Below are positions 43,427-52,660 of a DNA stretch of 64,000 bases, piece after piece; the first letter of the stretch is position 1, and each line of letters starts with the position of its first letter. The stretch comes from an uncultured cyanobacterium (GTDB lineage Bacteria; Cyanobacteriota; Cyanobacteriia; Cyanobacteriales; Nostocaceae): assembly GCA_963706595.1 (NCBI GenBank), contig OY970166.1, positions 5,056,001 to 5,120,000 on the forward strand, given 5' to 3'. A model generated the notes under the pieces. That model worked only from the letters and a program-made list of their open reading frames with translations. It made no database searches and had not been told where the DNA came from. The position numbers and the translations under genes are program-made.

Positions 43427-43534
43427 GTGTATACTGTGTGTGTGTACCAGTGGTAGTAGCTGACTGTAGTAGCTGTGTGTGATGTTACTTACATAAGATT
43501 GTTTATTATTATTTATTATTATTTATTATTTGTT

Positions 43535-43834
43535 ATGGATTTAGATGTAGAGTTCCGCAATGGATGGCGACTACACAGTGCAGTGGTGGCTAGGTGGTTG
43601 GGTGTACCCCATACCCAGGTGAGGGCTACCATAGCTAACCACTACAAGGCTATAGATACAGTAGGCTATGGTCTATGGGAGTCAGGGTCAGACTACTGGT
43701 TAGAGCAATGTCATATAGACCTACTCATCTGCTACCTATTCAAAGGGGATATGCTCACCAGTCTTATGGCTACTGTCTCAGCAGAGTTTACTAACTTTAA
43801 GAAGCAGCATCTTAAATCAGGTGGCTTAGTATAA
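43535..43834 (+). CDS. Rha-like phage regulatory protein
   Basis: LHSAVVARWLGVPHTQVRATI...YWLEQCHIDLL parallels the Rha domain of 44561-45331. Confidence 0.6.
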   Translation: MDLDVEFRNGWRLHSAVVARWLGVPHTQVRATIANHYKAIDTVGYGLWESGSDYWLEQCHIDLLICYLFKGDMLTSLMATVSAEFTNFKKQHLKSGGLV

Positions 43835-43884
43835 GTGTACTATGCGTGATAGCTTTGCTTTGATATATGAGTAATGCTACAAAG

Positions 43885-44065
43885 TTTGCTGACTATTTAT
43901 AAGCTGTCTGACTATTACCTAAGCAATTAGCTGACTATTCATAAGCTGTCTGACTATTAGTTTGCTCTATGGTTTGCTGACAATTAGCTGGCTTTAGTAA
44001 GCTGCCTTGAGTAAACTGTCTAACCATTAGCTGCTGTCCAATAAACTGCCTCAAGTAAATTGTCA
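43885..44065. repeat. Degenerate ~14-bp periodic repeat array
   Basis: TAA(G/A)CTG / TTAGCTG cores at 43900, 43927, 43942, 43984, 43998, 44012, 44027, 44042, 44056; 30-bp near-perfect pair at 43888 and 43930. Confidence 0.75.
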
Positions 44066-44256
44066 GATAAAAGTTTAGTAATTACAGTTTGCTTTGATTC
44101 TCCTTTTAGAGATTATCTATATCTATCTATTACTTGTTCTATCTCTATTAGTAAAGTATATGGTTTTGTAAGTGGTGGCGTTTTTAAAATGTATTGTAAA
44201 AGAATGCTGATAAAAGTCCTCTTATTTTTACTGCCCAATTAATACAGGTATTTATA

Positions 44257-44285
44257 TTGACTAGACTCTTAAAGAATGTTATTAT
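44257..44285 (+). promoter_or_regulatory. Sigma70-type promoter of the early operon
   Basis: TTGACT-N17-TATTAT with extended TG, 35 bp before the RHH ATG. Confidence 0.7.
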
Positions 44286-44319
44286 TAGTAGTATAAAGAA
44301 ATTCAATAAATACACAAAT

Positions 44320-44478
44320 ATGAAACTAGATAAACTTACTTCAATCAGACTTTTTAAAGGTGACAATGACCAGCTTCAAAAGATAGCTGATGCCAAAGGT
44401 TTAGACAGAGCTGACATTATCAGAGAAGCAGTTAAGCTCTATCTGCAAGGTGAAAGAGATCAGACTTTTAGCTTTTAG
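44320..44478 (+). CDS. Ribbon-helix-helix (CopG-like) regulator
   Basis: TSIRL...DQLQKIADAKGLDRADIIREAVKLYL. Confidence 0.85.
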   Translation: MKLDKLTSIRLFKGDNDQLQKIADAKGLDRADIIREAVKLYLQGERDQTFSF

Positions 44479-44560
44479 TAAATCCCTTAGTGTAGAGGAC
44501 TAACCTTTACACTCCATTCATTAAAATTATACAAATCATATATATTAAACTCACAAAACT

Positions 44561-45331
44561 ATGTCTAACTTACAAATTACAGTACAAAACATTAACTCAG
44601 AATTGGTTGTTGACTCTAGATTGATTGCTTCTGAGTTAGGGGTTCTACATAAAAATCTTAAAGAGCTAATTAAAACTTATTACGCTGACTTTTATCAACT
44701 TGGTCAGGTCGCGTTTGAAACGCAGGCTGGAGATATTAGATATGCTGAAACTTTTTATTACTTAAATGAAGACCAGTGTTATTTACTACTGACTTACTGT
44801 AAAAATACTCCTCAAGCTAGACAAGCTAAACTTAATTTAGTTAAAGCTTACAAAGCAGCTAGAAATACTGTTGATTTACCTAATAATTTAATTGATGCAG
44901 TTGAGGCTTATCTTATTGCTTTAAAAGAGAAGCAGGCTTTAGCATTGGTGGCTGCTGAGGCTCAAGAGAAGGTAAATGAGTTAACTCCTAAAGCTCAAGA
45001 TTGGGATGCTCTCTGTGACCGTGAAGGGCTGATGAATGTAGAAACTGTAGCTAAAGTTCTTTGTGTAAAAGGGTTAGGTAGAAATAATTTATTTAGATTT
45101 TTACGTGATAAGAGTATTCTAAATTTAAGCAATAACCCTTATCAAAACTTTGTAGATACAGGTTACTTTGTAATCAGAATTAAGTACAACCAATACACAC
45201 TGAAAGATGATTCTGTTACCTTAGTTACACCAAAAGGTTTTAGTTTCATTAAGCGTACACTTGAGAAAGCAGGTTATAGTATTCCTACTAATCCTACTCC
45301 TCCAGGTGCAGCAGCTCTTAAGGCAGCATAG
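44561..45331 (+). CDS. Rha-domain / KilA-C (ANT) antirepressor
   Basis: VDSRLIASELGVLHKN...LNEDQ...KLNLVKAY; PKAQDWD...VAKVL...GRNNLFRFLRD...PYQ...TLVTPKG. Confidence 0.88.
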   Translation: MSNLQITVQNINSELVVDSRLIASELGVLHKNLKELIKTYYADFYQLGQVAFETQAGDIRYAETFYYLNEDQCYLLLTYCKNTPQARQAKLNLVKAYKAARNTVDLPNNLIDAVEAYLIALKEKQALALVAAEAQEKVNELTPKAQDWDALCDREGLMNVETVAKVLCVKGLGRNNLFRFLRDKSILNLSNNPYQNFVDTGYFVIRIKYNQYTLKDDSVTLVTPKGFSFIKRTLEKAGYSIPTNPTPPGAAALKAA

Positions 45332-45463
45332 TTAAAACAAAGAGAGGGGTAACCACTCCCCTCTCACACACAAAACATATTCTAAATTCTTACAAATAAC
45401 TATATTCTTAATTACATTATACTACATACACTACATATTATTACAGAATTATTAAAACTAAAT

Positions 45464-47018
45464 ATGAATAACGCTTATATTATTAAAACCCTTAGAAGTC
45501 CTGAATCAGTTAAGACCTACTTAGATACCTTGCTAAAAGACTTTACTAAATCTGATTATCAATTCTTTGTTCATGTTTACAGTAGCACTCTAGTATCTTT
45601 TATACAGAGAGAATCTGGTTGGGTTCCTATTAGTGCAGAATTAATTAGAAAGCAGTGGGGTAAAACAAAAATTCAGCTTGAAAAGATGAAAGAAGCTGGT
45701 CTACTAGAAATTAAGGTACTGGATCAACTTGAGCTTGCTGATGGGTTATTCCTAGAGCAAACCTATTCTAGGAAAGATGGTCTATGTCGGTGTTATAGAA
45801 CTCCTCTAGAAATAATGGAACAAATAGAGTACCATTCTCCTGATTCTTCTGAGGAATATACCACCTGCCAATATTACAATTTAATGACTGGTAAAAAAAT
45901 GAATGAGCAGGTGAGATACCTTAAAAAAGACCACAATAATAATTATCATTCTGATTTGCTTTTGGGAGCTATGGATACAATCAAAAAATGTATAGTTAAT
46001 TTAAGTGCTTTGGAGGCACATGTAGAAGCTCTAAAAGATGCGTTGAATCTTTGGTACTGAAAAAGACTTAAGGGCTTTTATTGTGGATAATTCTTGCCTT
46101 AAACGGATTAGAGAAAATCACACCCCATTAGAAAATGGTTTGGCTGAGTATCAGGTAATCTTTGGTGACCCTCAAATGTCTGGTAGATTAACTGAGCTAG
46201 GTAGTTGTATGCAGGGCTGCTCTAGAGAGATGAAAAAGCAGGGGTTCAGTGATATCCCTGGTATTAAAAACTATGATCTAAAGTCTAGTCAAGTATACGG
46301 TTTAATTCAATGGTTTGAAAAAGCTAAGATTGATACTTCTTGGTTGCATGAATACTTAGCTCAAGATAAGCAGGTATATGCTGATGCAGTAGGTATCAGT
46401 AAAGACAGATGGAAGCAGTGCTTTATGGCACTAATTATGGGAGGTTACTTACAAGAAAATGTAAAAGCTAAGAACTTTGAAGTGGTTAAGGTTGTTAAAA
46501 AGATAAGAGGACAATTGATAGAGCAGGAAGACTACCCTAATGTAGCTCTCATCAGGGCTTTATGTCAGGAAGCTAAAGGGAATCCAGATTTAGCTCTGAC
46601 ATATTACACTAGGTTTGCTCAAGTGGTAGCTCCCTTGAAGGCTTGTATTGATGCTTGGCAAGAATGGATGCTAACAAAGTATATCCCAGATGAATCTTTT
46701 TACGCTCATAGCCAGCAGTTACTTGTAAATAAGACAGGTAAAACTTTTAACTTAACAGAGTATCAGACTAAGGGGGAGTGGGATAAAAAGAAAGTTAACA
46801 AAATGAAAAGAAGGCTCTCAGCTTTCCTTCTGCAAGGCACAGAGGCAGCTTATATACATCACCTAACTGTAATCAGTAAGGACTTTGGGTACAGAGTCCT
46901 AAGTAATCAGCATGATGGTTTGGTAACAATTGGAGAGATACCTAGAGAAGCAATGGATATAGCTAAACGCAACTCAGGTCTAAAGTATGCTTACCTAGAG
47001 GAGAAGGCTTTTGTTTAA
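45464..47018 (+). CDS. Divergent Pol A / T7-RNAP-fold polymerase (TV-Pol-like), one extra base near 46050
   Basis: SGRL, motif A NYDLKSSQ, motif B KQCFMALIMG, LQGTEA, motif C QHDG; two ORFs join by removing one base (NL-GTEKDLRAFIVDNS), ~517 aa. Confidence 0.65.
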
Positions 47019-47393
47019 CCCATAGAGGTTGATACACCAGTAGACTGAATCAAAGGGGAGGGGTCATGAAGACTGCTCTCTTTTTGACTTGGGGGGCTGG
47101 AATCCTGATTTTGCAAAATTTTAGATATAAACAGGGGGGGTCAGGAAAGAGAGGGAACCAGGAGAACAGGAGACAGGAAGGGGGTATCAGGCAGGGAAGC
47201 AGAGTGAAGAAGACTCATATAAGGTATGTATGGCATAGTCTGTACTACACTATAGCTATAACCCTTACCCAGTAAAGATTACAGGCTATAAACTCCATGA
47301 GTTACGTAGAAGTAAACCCATAATAATAGTATTAAAAAGTACCTAATTTAATATAAGTAGGTACTCTATAATATACCCAAGTATATCTAAGCG

Positions 47394-47591
47394 TTAAATG
47401 TTGCTTTGTGTAGGGGAATAATTTGGTTTACTATAATACACTTTCTCTAAAGCTGAAGGAGAATGGTATCTGGGAGGGTTATGTTTATAGTTTCCTCTTA
47501 AACAAGATTTTACGTTTCCTATTAACAAAAAACAAAGAAGAGTAAGGATAGCATTAACTATTGGTCCCCCTTCATCACTGTTATTTGACAT
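47394..47591 (-). CDS. Small TM hypothetical protein
   Basis: 65 aa, ATG start, one hydrophobic stretch. Confidence 0.4.
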   Translation of the reverse strand: MSNNSDEGGPIVNAILTLLCFLLIGNVKSCLRGNYKHNPPRYHSPSALEKVYYSKPNYSPTQSNI

Positions 47592-47740
47592 ACATTTATT
47601 GTTTTGAGTTGAAATTTAAGCACCTAAACCTTAATGTAAGATATTCCCTAAACGCTAGATAGAGAAAAATTACTGAAATGTATCTTCATCTAAGCTTCAT
47701 GAGCCAACTACAAGATTAGCTGACTCATTAAGTTAATTTT

Positions 47741-47962
47741 TTAATCCATTCCAATTAGATAAAGTCTTATGTAAAGTTCATTTAACCTTGCATAAATCTT
47801 AGAGAAATCAGCGTTTAGGACTTTCCTGCTCAGTTCTTCTAGATAGGGTTGATTATACTCAAAACCCTTATCACATTCCTTTAAAACATGAATAGTATAA
47901 TTCAACTCTTCAACAGAAATCTCTAATGCTTCAACTATTTCTTTTACTTTTTGGTTGTGCAT
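47741..47962 (-). CDS. Small hypothetical protein downstream of the integrase
   Basis: 73-aa helical ORF co-oriented with int. Confidence 0.55.
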   Translation of the reverse strand: MHNQKVKEIVEALEISVEELNYTIHVLKECDKGFEYNQPYLEELSRKVLNADFSKIYARLNELYIRLYLIGMD

Positions 47963-48015
47963 GATAGATAAATATCCTAAACTAAATGGGTTTTCTGGAA
48001 TGATTATTTGATTGC

Positions 48016-49092
48016 TTACAATTCAGGTAACTTAGGTTTTTTAATACTGCCTAGATAATGTCTAAAGATTATCTCAGGGCTGTTACCAACCAAGTCTGCC
48101 ACCTCATGAGGAGGAATACCACTGCTAATACAATGGCTAATAAAGGTTGACCTACAAACATAGAGTGGACGGTGAGGAATACCTAAGTTTTCCAAAGTTA
48201 TCTTCCAACACCGTTGACCTATATTGTGATCATCAAGTGGTAGACCTTTAGGTGAAGTAAAAATCAACTCTTGTTTATTCTTTGCCTCAGACCTAACCTT
48301 TAGTATTTGGTACACCTTGCTATTCATAGGTACAATCCTATAAACATTTGTTTTGGTGGTCTTCCTGACTCTTTTAGAGCTTCTACCTTTAACTTTATTC
48401 AGAGTTTCATAGACATGAATTTCCCTTTTCTGTAGGTCAATATCCTGCCACCTCAAACCAATTGCTTCACTAAGGCGTAACCCAGTGTTAAGTAACAGTA
48501 GTATAAAATCATGATAGTGATTGTAAAAAGGATCTCTTTGTAGAGAACTCAGAATCATATCCACTTCATTAGTGGTCAGTGGTTTAGCTCTAGGTTTATC
48601 TGGAACCTTGACCTGAAAGCTACCAAACAAATCTTTCCTAAGCACCTGCAAAATAGCTAGGTATCTTTTCTTACTATTCTTTTTAATACCCCTACCATCA
48701 AGCCAGTCTAGAAACTCCTTAGCATCCACACTGGTTTTGATTTGCTTCTTATATCCTTGCAGGAGTTTGAGTAGGGATTGGTCAGCAGAATTGTAGTTAT
48801 CAGCAATCCGTAGCTGAAGCATTTCAATTAGTGGAGGAAACCTTGATTCAGGAGGCTTGCTACCACCATTGCCACCATAAGTAATGCCCTGTAACCAGAG
48901 CTTATACTTGTTGAGTGTAGGATCAAATTGACCTATCAAACAATCCTGGTATATTAACTTACCACAGTAATCTAGCCTAGCTCTCTCTGAGGTATCTTCC
49001 CACGCACCCCAAGTTAGACTGTACCTTTCATCCTGATAAGTCCATCTGAGAATGCAAGAATTACCATTCTTCTGAACCTTTATTTGCCGCAC
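48016..49092 (-). CDS. int: Tyrosine integrase with N-terminal arm-binding domain
   Basis: TGLRLSEAIGLRWQDID, KTTKT, YVCRSTF, VGNS...HY; 78 bp from the right att. Confidence 0.95.
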   Translation of the reverse strand: MRQIKVQKNGNSCILRWTYQDERYSLTWGAWEDTSERARLDYCGKLIYQDCLIGQFDPTLNKYKLWLQGITYGGNGGSKPPESRFPPLIEMLQLRIADNYNSADQSLLKLLQGYKKQIKTSVDAKEFLDWLDGRGIKKNSKKRYLAILQVLRKDLFGSFQVKVPDKPRAKPLTTNEVDMILSSLQRDPFYNHYHDFILLLLNTGLRLSEAIGLRWQDIDLQKREIHVYETLNKVKGRSSKRVRKTTKTNVYRIVPMNSKVYQILKVRSEAKNKQELIFTSPKGLPLDDHNIGQRCWKITLENLGIPHRPLYVCRSTFISHCISSGIPPHEVADLVGNSPEIIFRHYLGSIKKPKLPEL

Positions 49093-49170
49093 TATCTTAT
49101 GTCACCTTATGGCAGAACATAGGATAGCCTTAGAAATTAGTGTGCTTATATAGCTGTTTCTGGGGGTTAG

Positions 49171-49214
49171 TTCTCAATGCCATTGAGACGCGCTACCAAC
49201 TGTGCTATAGCCCC
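49171..49214. repeat. Right att core: displaced 5' half of tRNA-Ala
   Basis: Identical to 28904-28947; lacks the T arm and 3' acceptor strand. Confidence 0.97.
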
Positions 49215-49228
49215 TCGGATTCTTATCT

Positions 49229-49257
49229 ATAATCTCTTAATATTTGAGCTTTGTCAA
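49229..49257 (-). promoter_or_regulatory. Original host tRNA-Ala promoter
   Basis: TTGACA-N17-GATTAT on the minus strand, 14 bp upstream of the tRNA 5' end. Confidence 0.6.
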
Positions 49258-49304
49258 GCCGGATTTATTAAATGTAAAGTTTATCTTCTGTGACAGGGGA
49301 TTTT

Positions 49305-49496
49305 TTAGGACACTTGTAACAAATAGGTCATACAGTGTCCCATGAGGAAATAAACTACCAACATAGCAGCAGCTGCCAGCGCCACTAATGTCCCAGCCAG
49401 CATGAGAGAGAACTCTTTATACTGTACGGCTTTTTCCATTAGGTGCAGCGACCATGCCACCAGCGCTACGTCAAATAGTAAAATAACAATCAACAT
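49305..49496 (-). CDS. Small two-TM protein
   Basis: 63-aa hydrophobic ORF downstream of hisF. Confidence 0.65.
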   Translation of the reverse strand: MLIVILLFDVALVAWSLHLMEKAVQYKEFSLMLAGTLVALAAAAMLVVYFLMGHCMTYLLQVS

Positions 49497-49604
49497 AATA
49501 TTTCTTAATATTTATTCATACTTGTAAACCAATGTTAACACTATTTCAGAGAACTGTATCTAACTTATGATGGATGTGGTTAAGTTTTGATGATGTTTTG
49601 GACA

Positions 49605-50378
49605 TCAAGGACACAACCGTACTGGTACTGAATGATCGTGCAAATAGTTCTTTATTTCTGCAACGCTTAATTGTCCGTAATGCAGTAATGATGCTAGTAA
49701 TGCAGCTTCGGCTTTACCCTCTGTTAATGCCGTATAAATATGTTCACAGTTACCTGCGCCACCAGAAGCAACGACGGGAACTTGTACGGATTCAGCGATC
49801 GCTCTTGTCAGCCCTAAGTCGTAGCCAGCTTGAGTTCCATCAGCATCCATACTTGTCACCAGTAATTCCCCTGCACCTCGTCTTTCCACTTCTTGCGCCC
49901 AACGTAAGGCATCTAAGCCCGTATTTTCTCTACCACCTCGCACGTACACATCCCAGCCTGGATTGTTAGGATCAATCCTGCGTCTGGCATCAATTGCAAC
50001 CACTATGCACTGATTACCAAAGCGATCGCTTGCCCGATTGATTAAGTCAGGATCACGTACAGCCGCTGAATTAATACTAACCTTGTCTGCGCCGGCTCGT
50101 AACAAAGCTTTAACATTTTCTAAGGTTTGAATTCCACCACCAACAGTCAAGGGAATGAAAACCTGTTCAGCAGTGCGATACACCACATCAATAATTGTAT
50201 CCCGGTCTTCATGAGTCGCCGTAATATCCAGAAACACTAACTCATCAGCACCGGCTTCGTTGTAAACCTTGGCTAGTTCTACCGGATCACCTGCATCCTT
50301 AAGGTCTACAAAGTTAACTCCTTTTACAACCCGTCCCGCCTTCACATCTAAGCACGGTAAGATTCTTTTAGATAACAT
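49605..50378 (-). CDS. hisF: Imidazole glycerol phosphate synthase cyclase subunit
   Basis: [32 protein letters not shown]. Confidence 0.98.
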   Translation of the reverse strand: MLSKRILPCLDVKAGRVVKGVNFVDLKDAGDPVELAKVYNEAGADELVFLDITATHEDRDTIIDVVYRTAEQVFIPLTVGGGIQTLENVKALLRAGADKVSINSAAVRDPDLINRASDRFGNQCIVVAIDARRRIDPNNPGWDVYVRGGRENTGLDALRWAQEVERRGAGELLVTSMDADGTQAGYDLGLTRAIAESVQVPVVASGGAGNCEHIYTALTEGKAEAALLASLLHYGQLSVAEIKNYLHDHSVPVRLCP

Positions 50379-50539
50379 AATAACTTTTTCACTCCTGGGT
50401 AATCGACTGGAATTTAAATTCTAATTGGACACGTGTAGTTCTCGCCGAAAATTTTTGCCCCTGATCTCGTATTTACTCGCAGCCATTGCGGCGTAGATAG
50501 CCCTCAAACAGTCCTCAAGTCAAAGTTGATAGCTGAATT

Positions 50540-51643
50540 ATGGCGATAATCTCCTCGAAAAAACAGCCTCAAGAACCCAACGGACAACCAAAGAAGCCCC
50601 GTCGGGAGTCCACCCCCGCACCTGCAAACGAGAACATTTTGCAACCTGAAGCTGCTACTGACGAACAAGGGAAGCAAGAAGAGAGTATCAGACCTCAGCA
50701 ATTTGCTGATTACATTGGACAAAAAGACTTAAAGGATGTGCTAGATATTGCCATCAAAGCAGCTAAGTCAAGGGGTGAGGTGCTGGATCACTTGCTGCTA
50801 TATGGACCTCCGGGATTAGGTAAAACAACAATGGCAATGATTTTAGCATCAGAGATGGGAGTTGACTACAAAATTACCAGTGCGCCAGCGCTAGAACGTC
50901 CCAGAGATATTGTAGGGCTATTAGTGAACCTTAAACCCGGAGATGTCCTATTTGTTGACGAAATTCATCGTCTTTCGCGGATGACAGAGGAAATTCTCTA
51001 TCCAGCGATGGAAGATTATCGTTTAGATATTACCGTGGGTAAGGGGGCTGGCGCTCGTATTAGAAGTATACCACTGAACAAATTTACGCTGGTGGGGGCG
51101 ACAACCCGTGTGGGGGCGCTGAGTTCACCTTTGCGCGATCGCTTTGGCTTAGTTCAGAAGTTGCGCTTTTACGAAGTTGACGAACTCACCAAAATTGTGT
51201 TAAGAAGTGCCGACTTCCTCAAAACTCCTATTGCTGAAGATGGGGCGACAGAAATTGCTCGTCGTGCCAGAGGTACGCCCAGAATAGCAAATAGATTACT
51301 TAAGCGTGTGCGTGATTACGCGGAAGTGAAATTATCGGGTGAGATTACAGAAGTCGTTGCATCAGAAGCATTGCAACTATTTCAAGTCGATCCCTGTGGT
51401 TTAGATTGGACAGACCGCCGAATGCTGAGTGTAATTATTGAACAATTTAATGGTGGTCCCGTGGGCATAGAAACAGTTGCTGCGGCTACAGGTGAAGATA
51501 CCCAAACCATTGAAGAAGTTTATGAACCTTACCTGATGCAAATTGGCTATTTAAGCCGGACTCCTCGCGGTCGAATCGCCACCACTTCAGCCTACAAACA
51601 TTTGGGTTTTAAGCCGCCTAATGAACAGTTATCGCTATTGTAG
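50540..51643 (+). CDS. ruvB: Holliday junction branch migration helicase RuvB
   Basis: [36 protein letters not shown]. Confidence 0.98.
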   Translation: MAIISSKKQPQEPNGQPKKPRRESTPAPANENILQPEAATDEQGKQEESIRPQQFADYIGQKDLKDVLDIAIKAAKSRGEVLDHLLLYGPPGLGKTTMAMILASEMGVDYKITSAPALERPRDIVGLLVNLKPGDVLFVDEIHRLSRMTEEILYPAMEDYRLDITVGKGAGARIRSIPLNKFTLVGATTRVGALSSPLRDRFGLVQKLRFYEVDELTKIVLRSADFLKTPIAEDGATEIARRARGTPRIANRLLKRVRDYAEVKLSGEITEVVASEALQLFQVDPCGLDWTDRRMLSVIIEQFNGGPVGIETVAAATGEDTQTIEEVYEPYLMQIGYLSRTPRGRIATTSAYKHLGFKPPNEQLSLL

Positions 51644-51766
51644 TTAAGGGAATGGCGATGGGGATATGAGGGAGAAAGATTGTGGTACTAGCCCAAGGTA
51701 TTTCCCCCTACTCCCTACTCCCCACTCCCCACTCCCCACTCCCCACTCTTAAAGGTAAATATATCG

Positions 51767-52576
51767 ATGATGATCAAGTTAATTGGGATTGTTTTGAGTT
51801 TGTTGTTGGTGTTGGGCTGGAGTACACCAGTTTTGGCAGTATCGGAAGTGCCTAGTATTACTCCAGAACAGTTAAAACAAGGAGATGAATGGGCTAATAA
51901 GGCTTTAAAAGCGACTAATAAGGGTGATTTTGCCACGGCGGAAACTTACTGGACACAGATTATTGAGCAGTTTCCCACTAATGCAGGTGCATGGAGTAAC
52001 CGGGGAAATTCGCGGGTGAGTCAGAATAAGTTGCAAGCAGCATTGACAGATTATAACCAAGCGATAGAATTAGCCCCCAATGCCACTGATCCTTATTTAA
52101 ATCGGGGTACAGCTTTGGAAGGATTGGGAAAATGGCAAGAGGCGATCGCAGACTATAATCATGTTTTAGAACTTGATCCTAATGATCCGATGGCGTATAA
52201 CAATCGGGGTAATGCCAAATCAGGTTTAGGACAATGGCAAGATGCGATCGCAGACTATCAAAAATCAATGGAAATCGCCCCAAATTTTGCCTTTGCGCGA
52301 GCTAACTACGCCCTCGCCCTTTATGAAACTGGTCAAATCGACGAAGCCATCCGTGAGATGAAGAACATCGTCCGCAAATATCCCCAATTTGCCGATATGC
52401 GTGCCGCCCTCACAGCAGCTTACTGGGTAAATGGCAACCAAGGCGAAGCCGAAAGCAACTGGGTAGCAGCTTATGGGCTGGATAACCGCTACAAAGATAT
52501 GAACTGGGTAACAAATATCCGCCGTTGGCCTCCCAGTATGGTAGTAGCTTTAGATAAATTTTTGAAACTTCAGTAA
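51767..52576 (+). CDS. Exported TPR protein
   Basis: Signal peptide plus TPRs (AWSNRGN, PYLNRG, AYNNRGN). Confidence 0.88.
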   Translation: MMIKLIGIVLSLLLVLGWSTPVLAVSEVPSITPEQLKQGDEWANKALKATNKGDFATAETYWTQIIEQFPTNAGAWSNRGNSRVSQNKLQAALTDYNQAIELAPNATDPYLNRGTALEGLGKWQEAIADYNHVLELDPNDPMAYNNRGNAKSGLGQWQDAIADYQKSMEIAPNFAFARANYALALYETGQIDEAIREMKNIVRKYPQFADMRAALTAAYWVNGNQGEAESNWVAAYGLDNRYKDMNWVTNIRRWPPSMVVALDKFLKLQ

Positions 52577-52660
52577 GTATCCTTAAAGGCTTTTAAGCAG
52601 GTGTCAAAGATACGGTAGTATCTGGATAATTTGAAATTGTTGTGAAGAAAAGTCAAATTT

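Larger units (their letters stand above)
28904..49214. mobile_element. Prophage or capsid-encoding satellite, ~20.3 kb, integrated in tRNA-Ala(GGC)
   Basis: 44-bp direct repeats, adjacent tyrosine integrase, terminase/portal/capsid/fibre genes, compositional shift, near absence of HIP1. Confidence 0.95.

Noticed and set aside
43281..43463. 60-aa Cys/Tyr/Val-rich ORF
   Set aside because: Translation of the low-complexity 68-bp duplication; GTG start, no coding signal
43281..44065. CRISPR or mini-array in the prophage
   Set aside because: Repeats are directly tandem or degenerate with no unique spacers of constant length; no cas genes
46030..46090. Programmed frameshift or TGA read-through in the polymerase (and portal)
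   Set aside because: Read-through hits TAA soon after; no clear slippery heptamer; the same one-base defect occurs in host dnaK and P450
47066..47275. 69-aa ORF after the polymerase
   Set aside because: Purine-rich low-complexity tract with no protein-like features; more likely non-coding
48016..49092. Heterocyst-type excision element (xis) interrupting a gene
   Set aside because: Target is a tRNA that is restored, and the element carries virion genes
49171..49214. Second tRNA-Ala gene
   Set aside because: Only 44 nt; no T arm or 3' acceptor strand; it is the att duplicate
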